This document shows positions 28,138 through 32,000 of a stretch of DNA of 32,000 bases, piece by piece. This DNA comes from Synechococcus sp. A15-28. Lineage in GTDB: Bacteria; Cyanobacteriota; Cyanobacteriia; PCC-6307; Cyanobiaceae. Location: contig NZ_CP047931.1 of assembly GCF_014280175.1 (NCBI RefSeq), positions 1,410,001 to 1,442,000 on the forward strand, in the 5' to 3' direction. Position 1 is the first letter of the stretch, and every line of letters starts with the position of its first letter. Under the pieces are notes generated by a model. It was not told where the DNA came from and did not search any database. It saw only the letters and a list, made by a program, of their open reading frames with translations. The position numbers and the translations under genes are program-made.

Positions 28138-29199
28138 ATGTCATCCAGCCCAACCACGGTCGGGGTTGTCTTCGGCGGCTGCTCCGGTGAACACGATGTC
28201 TCCATCCGCTCCGCACAAACGGTTGTTCATGGCCTGAACCTGGGCACGAACCGCCAGCGCTACCAGCTGGTGCTCATCTACATCGATCGCGACGGCCGTT
28301 GGTGGGGACCCGACATCGCCGCCAAGGTTCTGGACAGCGGCAGCCCTCCCTCCAGCGCGGACCTGCCGCAACCACTGCCAGGGCCAGGATTCCGCGGTCT
28401 GCCCGCTGGCGCCGACGCCGTGACCATCTGGTATCCGGTGCTGCATGGACCGAATGGGGAGGACGGCACGATTCAGGGGCTGTTCGAAATGATGCAGCAG
28501 CCCTACGTCGGAGCCGGCGTTCTCGGTTCCGCCGTCAGCATGGACAAACAGGCCATGAAAGCGGCCCTGGCCGGAGCAGGGCTGGCCCAGGTGCCCTACG
28601 TCTGCGCGCAGGCCGAAGACCTCAGCGTGGCGGGCCGCCGGGACGAGCTCCTGCAGAGGATCGAAGCCGACCTGGGCTACCCCTGCTTCGTCAAACCGGC
28701 CAATCTCGGTTCGTCGGTTGGCATCAGCAAAGCTCGGAACCGTGAGGAGCTGCTGCAGGGCCTGAGCCTGGCTGCAAGCCTCGATGCGCGCCTCTTGGTG
28801 GAACAGGGGGTGCAGGCCCGCGAACTGGAATGTGCCGTTCTCGGAGGACCAACCCTGCGGGCTTCCGTCGTCGGGGAAGTCCGTTTCGATGCGGACTGGT
28901 ACGACTACGACACCAAATACACCGAAGGACGCAGCACCACGCTGATTCCAGCCCCCTTGCCCGACGACATCGTGAAAACGATCCGGCGCCAGTCCATCCA
29001 GGCCTGCGCTGCCGTGGGCGTCACGGGGATGGCCAGGGTGGACTTTTTTTACGAGGAAAGCAGCGGCAGGGTCTGGCTTAACGAGATCAACACTCTTCCC
29101 GGTTTCACCAGTCAGAGCATGTACCCCATGCTCTGGGAAGCCTCTGGCGTAACACTCGAGCAGCTCGTGCACGAACTGCTCGAAAGCGCAGGACAATGA
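28138..29199 (+). CDS. ddl: D-alanine--D-alanine ligase
   Basis: [84 protein letters not shown]. Confidence 0.95.
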   Translation: MSSSPTTVGVVFGGCSGEHDVSIRSAQTVVHGLNLGTNRQRYQLVLIYIDRDGRWWGPDIAAKVLDSGSPPSSADLPQPLPGPGFRGLPAGADAVTIWYPVLHGPNGEDGTIQGLFEMMQQPYVGAGVLGSAVSMDKQAMKAALAGAGLAQVPYVCAQAEDLSVAGRRDELLQRIEADLGYPCFVKPANLGSSVGISKARNREELLQGLSLAASLDARLLVEQGVQARELECAVLGGPTLRASVVGEVRFDADWYDYDTKYTEGRSTTLIPAPLPDDIVKTIRRQSIQACAAVGVTGMARVDFFYEESSGRVWLNEINTLPGFTSQSMYPMLWEASGVTLEQLVHELLESAGQ

Positions 29200-29230
29200 G
29201 AGGACGAATCCTGCTGATCAGGAGTGAGCG

Positions 29231-29641
29231 ATGAGCCACGGTCTGCTCTGGTTTCCGTTGTTGCTGGCCTTTGTGCTGTTGGCAGCACTGGGCTGGCTGG
29301 AACGCCGTCGCCAAACCCTGTTCCGCACCTGGGCCGAAGGAGCGGAATTGGTCAAGTTGGATGGCTGCGGTGGAGCTCAGCTCAAAGATGGTCGCCTGGT
29401 GTGGTGTCGCTTCGAGGCAGGCCGGTTCCAGGATCAGGGCGACTTTGACATCTGCCGACTGGAGCTGGTGGAACTGATGGCGCTGGCCTCCGGCGACGCT
29501 CCACTGACGGTGGAATCGCAGGGTCCCTGCCGACTGCGACTGGTGGGAACGGATCTGCAAATGGACGTTCCCTTCTCCGATGCCGATCAAGCGCGTCGCT
29601 GGGGTGACCAACTGATGGCACGTGCCCGCTGCGATCTTTGA
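29231..29641 (+). CDS. conserved hypothetical membrane-associated protein between ddl and ftsQ
   Basis: 136 aa with N-terminal TM segment LLWFPLLLAFVLLAALGWL; co-directional and overlapping the ftsQ start. Confidence 0.7.
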   Translation: MSHGLLWFPLLLAFVLLAALGWLERRRQTLFRTWAEGAELVKLDGCGGAQLKDGRLVWCRFEAGRFQDQGDFDICRLELVELMALASGDAPLTVESQGPCRLRLVGTDLQMDVPFSDADQARRWGDQLMARARCDL

Positions 29642-30444
29642 AGTCCATCTCCCCCCAGCTGGAACGGCGGCGGGCGCTGCGCCGCCAGAAACGCCAGCAA
29701 TTTCTGATTCACACCTGGCGCACCGTGGCTCTGCTGAGCCTGAGCACTGGTCTGGGCTGGTTGCTGCTGCGCTACGGCTGGTCGCTGCAGGGGCTTGATC
29801 AGGTCATGGTCCGCGGGACAACGGCCATCAGACCGGAACTGGTGTCCGAGGTCAGCCAGCTCCGTTTTCCGCAACCGCTTCTGGAGCTCAATCCCACCAC
29901 GCTGGAGCGGACGTTGCGCAGCAACCTCCCTGTTCAATCGGTCCGAGTGAGCCGGCATCTGCTGCCGACGCGTTTGGACGTCGCTCTGGTGGATCAGACG
30001 CCGATGGCGCGGGCGGTGCGCCAGAAACCTGGAGGTCTTGAGGCGGGCTTTGTGGATGCGGAGGGGCAGTGGATTCAGATGAACCCTGCAGTCCCCACCG
30101 TCAACCCCAGCACATCGATCACGATCAAAGGTTGGACCGCGGAGCGCAGGACGCTGATTGCGTCCTTGCTGCAGCAGCTCAGCCGCCTCGAGGGCAAGCT
30201 GCAACGCATCACCCTGCACCCTGATGGCGCTGTCAGTCTTCGCCATCGCACCCTTGGACGGATTGACCTTGGCGATGACAACCAATTGTTGACCCAACAA
30301 ATGGACGCGATTGTTGAACTGAATCAATCCATACCACCGCATCTTTTGCAGGGGAATGGAGCGGTGATCGACCTGAGCAACCCGGAACGCCCGGAAATTC
30401 AATTGCCGGTGAAGCCCGCCGCCACGGCTAACGACGACGACTGA
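29638..30444 (+). CDS. ftsQ: cell division protein FtsQ (POTRA domain)
   Basis: [19 protein letters not shown] then [74 protein letters not shown]; immediately upstream of ftsZ. Confidence 0.88.
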   Translation: MKSISPQLERRRALRRQKRQQFLIHTWRTVALLSLSTGLGWLLLRYGWSLQGLDQVMVRGTTAIRPELVSEVSQLRFPQPLLELNPTTLERTLRSNLPVQSVRVSRHLLPTRLDVALVDQTPMARAVRQKPGGLEAGFVDAEGQWIQMNPAVPTVNPSTSITIKGWTAERRTLIASLLQQLSRLEGKLQRITLHPDGAVSLRHRTLGRIDLGDDNQLLTQQMDAIVELNQSIPPHLLQGNGAVIDLSNPERPEIQLPVKPAATANDDD

Positions 30445-30502
30445 TAAGAGAGCAACAGCGTTTGCATCCGATCTGCAGACGGTTGAAGCCTTCAGGGACA
30501 TA

Positions 30503-31648
30503 ATGCAGCCAAACCACTGCAAATCGGCCTCGACGATGGAGATGGGGAGCAGAACATCGTTTGATGCCACGGGGATCCAGCCCAGCCAGAACGCCAAGAT
30601 TGAGGTGATCGGAGTTGGCGGGGGTGGCAGCAATGCCGTCAACCGGATGATCCTCAGCGATCTGGAGGGTGTTGCCTATCGCGTGCTCAACACCGATGCC
30701 CAGGCCCTGATTCAATCCCAGGCGCAGCATCGCCTCCAACTCGGACAAACCCTCACCCGGGGACTCGGGGCCGGTGGCAACCCAACCATCGGGCAGAAGG
30801 CAGCCGAAGAATCCCGCACAGACCTGCACGACTCCCTTCAGGGTTCCGATCTGGTCTTCATCGCCGCAGGCATGGGTGGTGGCACCGGAACCGGTGCAGC
30901 ACCGGTGGTCGCCGAAGTGGCCCGTGAGGTGGGCGCCCTCACCGTGGGAATCGTGACCAAGCCCTTCGGGTTCGAAGGGCGTCGCCGCATGCGCCAGGCG
31001 GACGAAGGCATCGCCCGCCTGGCAGAGCATGTGGACACACTGATCGTGATTCCCAACGATCGCCTGCGCGAAGCGATCGCCGGGGCCCCGCTTCAGGAGG
31101 CCTTCCGCAGTGCCGATGACGTGCTGCGGATGGGCGTGAAAGGCATCAGCGACATCATCACCTGCCCAGGATTGGTCAATGTCGACTTCGCCGACGTCCG
31201 CTCCGTGATGACGGAAGCGGGAACAGCACTGCTCGGCATCGGCATTGGATCCGGCCGTTCCAGGGCCGTTGAGGCGGCTCAGGCCGCCATCAGCAGTCCA
31301 CTGCTGGAAACCGAGCGCATCGACGGAGCCAAGGGCTGCGTGATCAACATCAGCGGCGGCCGTGATATGACCCTCGAGGATATGACCACAGCTTCTGAGG
31401 TGATCTACGACGTGGTGGATCCTGAGGCGAACATCATCGTCGGTGCCGTCGTCGATGAGGCGCTGGAAGGTGAAATTCACGTCACCGTGATCGCCACCGG
31501 TTTTGACCAGGGTCAGCAATACCGCTGTGAGCGCAGTGGTTCCACTGGTCTTGCAACCCAACCACTTCGCCGGGAGATGGAAGAGAACGGCGCCCGGATC
31601 CCTGAATTTCTTCGTCAGCGGCAGCAACAGAACACCGATCCGTCCTGA
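30503..31648 (+). CDS. ftsZ: cell division protein FtsZ
   Basis: [75 protein letters not shown]. Confidence 0.97.
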   Translation: MQPNHCKSASTMEMGSRTSFDATGIQPSQNAKIEVIGVGGGGSNAVNRMILSDLEGVAYRVLNTDAQALIQSQAQHRLQLGQTLTRGLGAGGNPTIGQKAAEESRTDLHDSLQGSDLVFIAAGMGGGTGTGAAPVVAEVAREVGALTVGIVTKPFGFEGRRRMRQADEGIARLAEHVDTLIVIPNDRLREAIAGAPLQEAFRSADDVLRMGVKGISDIITCPGLVNVDFADVRSVMTEAGTALLGIGIGSGRSRAVEAAQAAISSPLLETERIDGAKGCVINISGGRDMTLEDMTTASEVIYDVVDPEANIIVGAVVDEALEGEIHVTVIATGFDQGQQYRCERSGSTGLATQPLRREMEENGARIPEFLRQRQQQNTDPS

Positions 31649-31655
31649 CGGAATT

Positions 31656-31755
31656 GGGTGACCCGGAATCCACGCCTGCTCTGAGCATCCCGTGTGGCTG
31701 CTCCCTTCCGGGCCTGACCAGATTTGGGTGTCCGAGCCGCATGGCCCGAGTCCCC
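31656..31755 (-). ncRNA. ffs: signal recognition particle RNA (bacterial small/4.5S type)
   Basis: Minus strand contains the conserved apical loop GGTCAGGCCCGGAAGGGAGCAGCC, with closing ends GGGGACTCGGG / CCGGGTCACCC. Confidence 0.93.
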
Positions 31756-31792
31756 TTGATGCTAGCAATGAGCGCTGAGGCCCTATGCGCCC

Positions 31793-32000
31793 GTGCGTCC
31801 AGCTGATCTGATCCGACAGAAGCAGAACGGTCGACCGATCACGATCCTCACGGCCTGGGACAGTATGTCTGCGGCGCTGGTGGAAGCCGCTGGCGCCGAT
31901 GCTGTTCTGGTGGGTGACTCCCTGGCGATGGTCGCCCTGGGCCATGCCACCACGCTGCCGGTGACGCTCGATCAGATGCGGCACCACACCCTTGCTGTGA
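31793..32000 (+). CDS. panB: 3-methyl-2-oxobutanoate hydroxymethyltransferase (3' truncated by window)
   Basis: Hand-translated from GTG 31793: [68 protein letters not shown]. Confidence 0.92.
   Translation, partial: MRPADLIRQKQNGRPITILTAWDSMSAALVEAAGADAVLVGDSLAMVALGHATTLPVTLDQMRHHTLAV

Noticed and set aside
29587-31987. Long minus-strand ORFs antisense to ftsQ/ftsZ (351 and 519 aa), and similar ones opposite ddl, lpd and trpC (including 15642..17849)
   Set aside because: They are mirror-frame artefacts of high-GC coding sequence; the plus-strand or sense genes have clear family motifs.
1-32000. CRISPR array or defence island
   Set aside because: No regularly spaced direct repeats and no Cas, restriction-modification or abortive-infection proteins recognised.

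Overview
The window looks like a marine Synechococcus-type cyanobacterial chromosome; this assignment rests on gene content and order (SodN/SodX, trpC-lpd-SpoU-murA-argD-folC, ddl-ftsQ-ftsZ, divergent ffs/panB) and no database search was run. Most of it is ordinary housekeeping sequence: pdhA (partial), a group 2 sigma-70 factor, mnmA, lnt, FKBP PPIase, the Ni-SOD cassette, trpC, lpd, a SpoU methyltransferase, murA, argD, folC, miaB, ddl, ftsQ, ftsZ, SRP RNA, three tRNAs and panB (partial). The accessory part is a compact insertion between lnt and the FKBP/Ni-SOD neighbourhood (about 5.2-12.7 kb, left edge uncertain). It carries a ribbon-helix-helix-like small protein, a DUF3854/TOPRIM-like primase-helicase with an atypical Walker A, a dense cis-element cluster that could be an origin or operator, a small HTH/excisionase-like protein divergent from a lone HK97-fold major capsid protein, an HNH endonuclease reading frame broken by two in-frame stops, and a large serine recombinase. 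No terminase, portal, protease or tail gene is visible, so the best description is a candidate capsid-encoding phage-satellite-like element. A second observation is an intrinsic-terminator-like hairpin embedded in the 5' coding region of sodX, a candidate attenuator.
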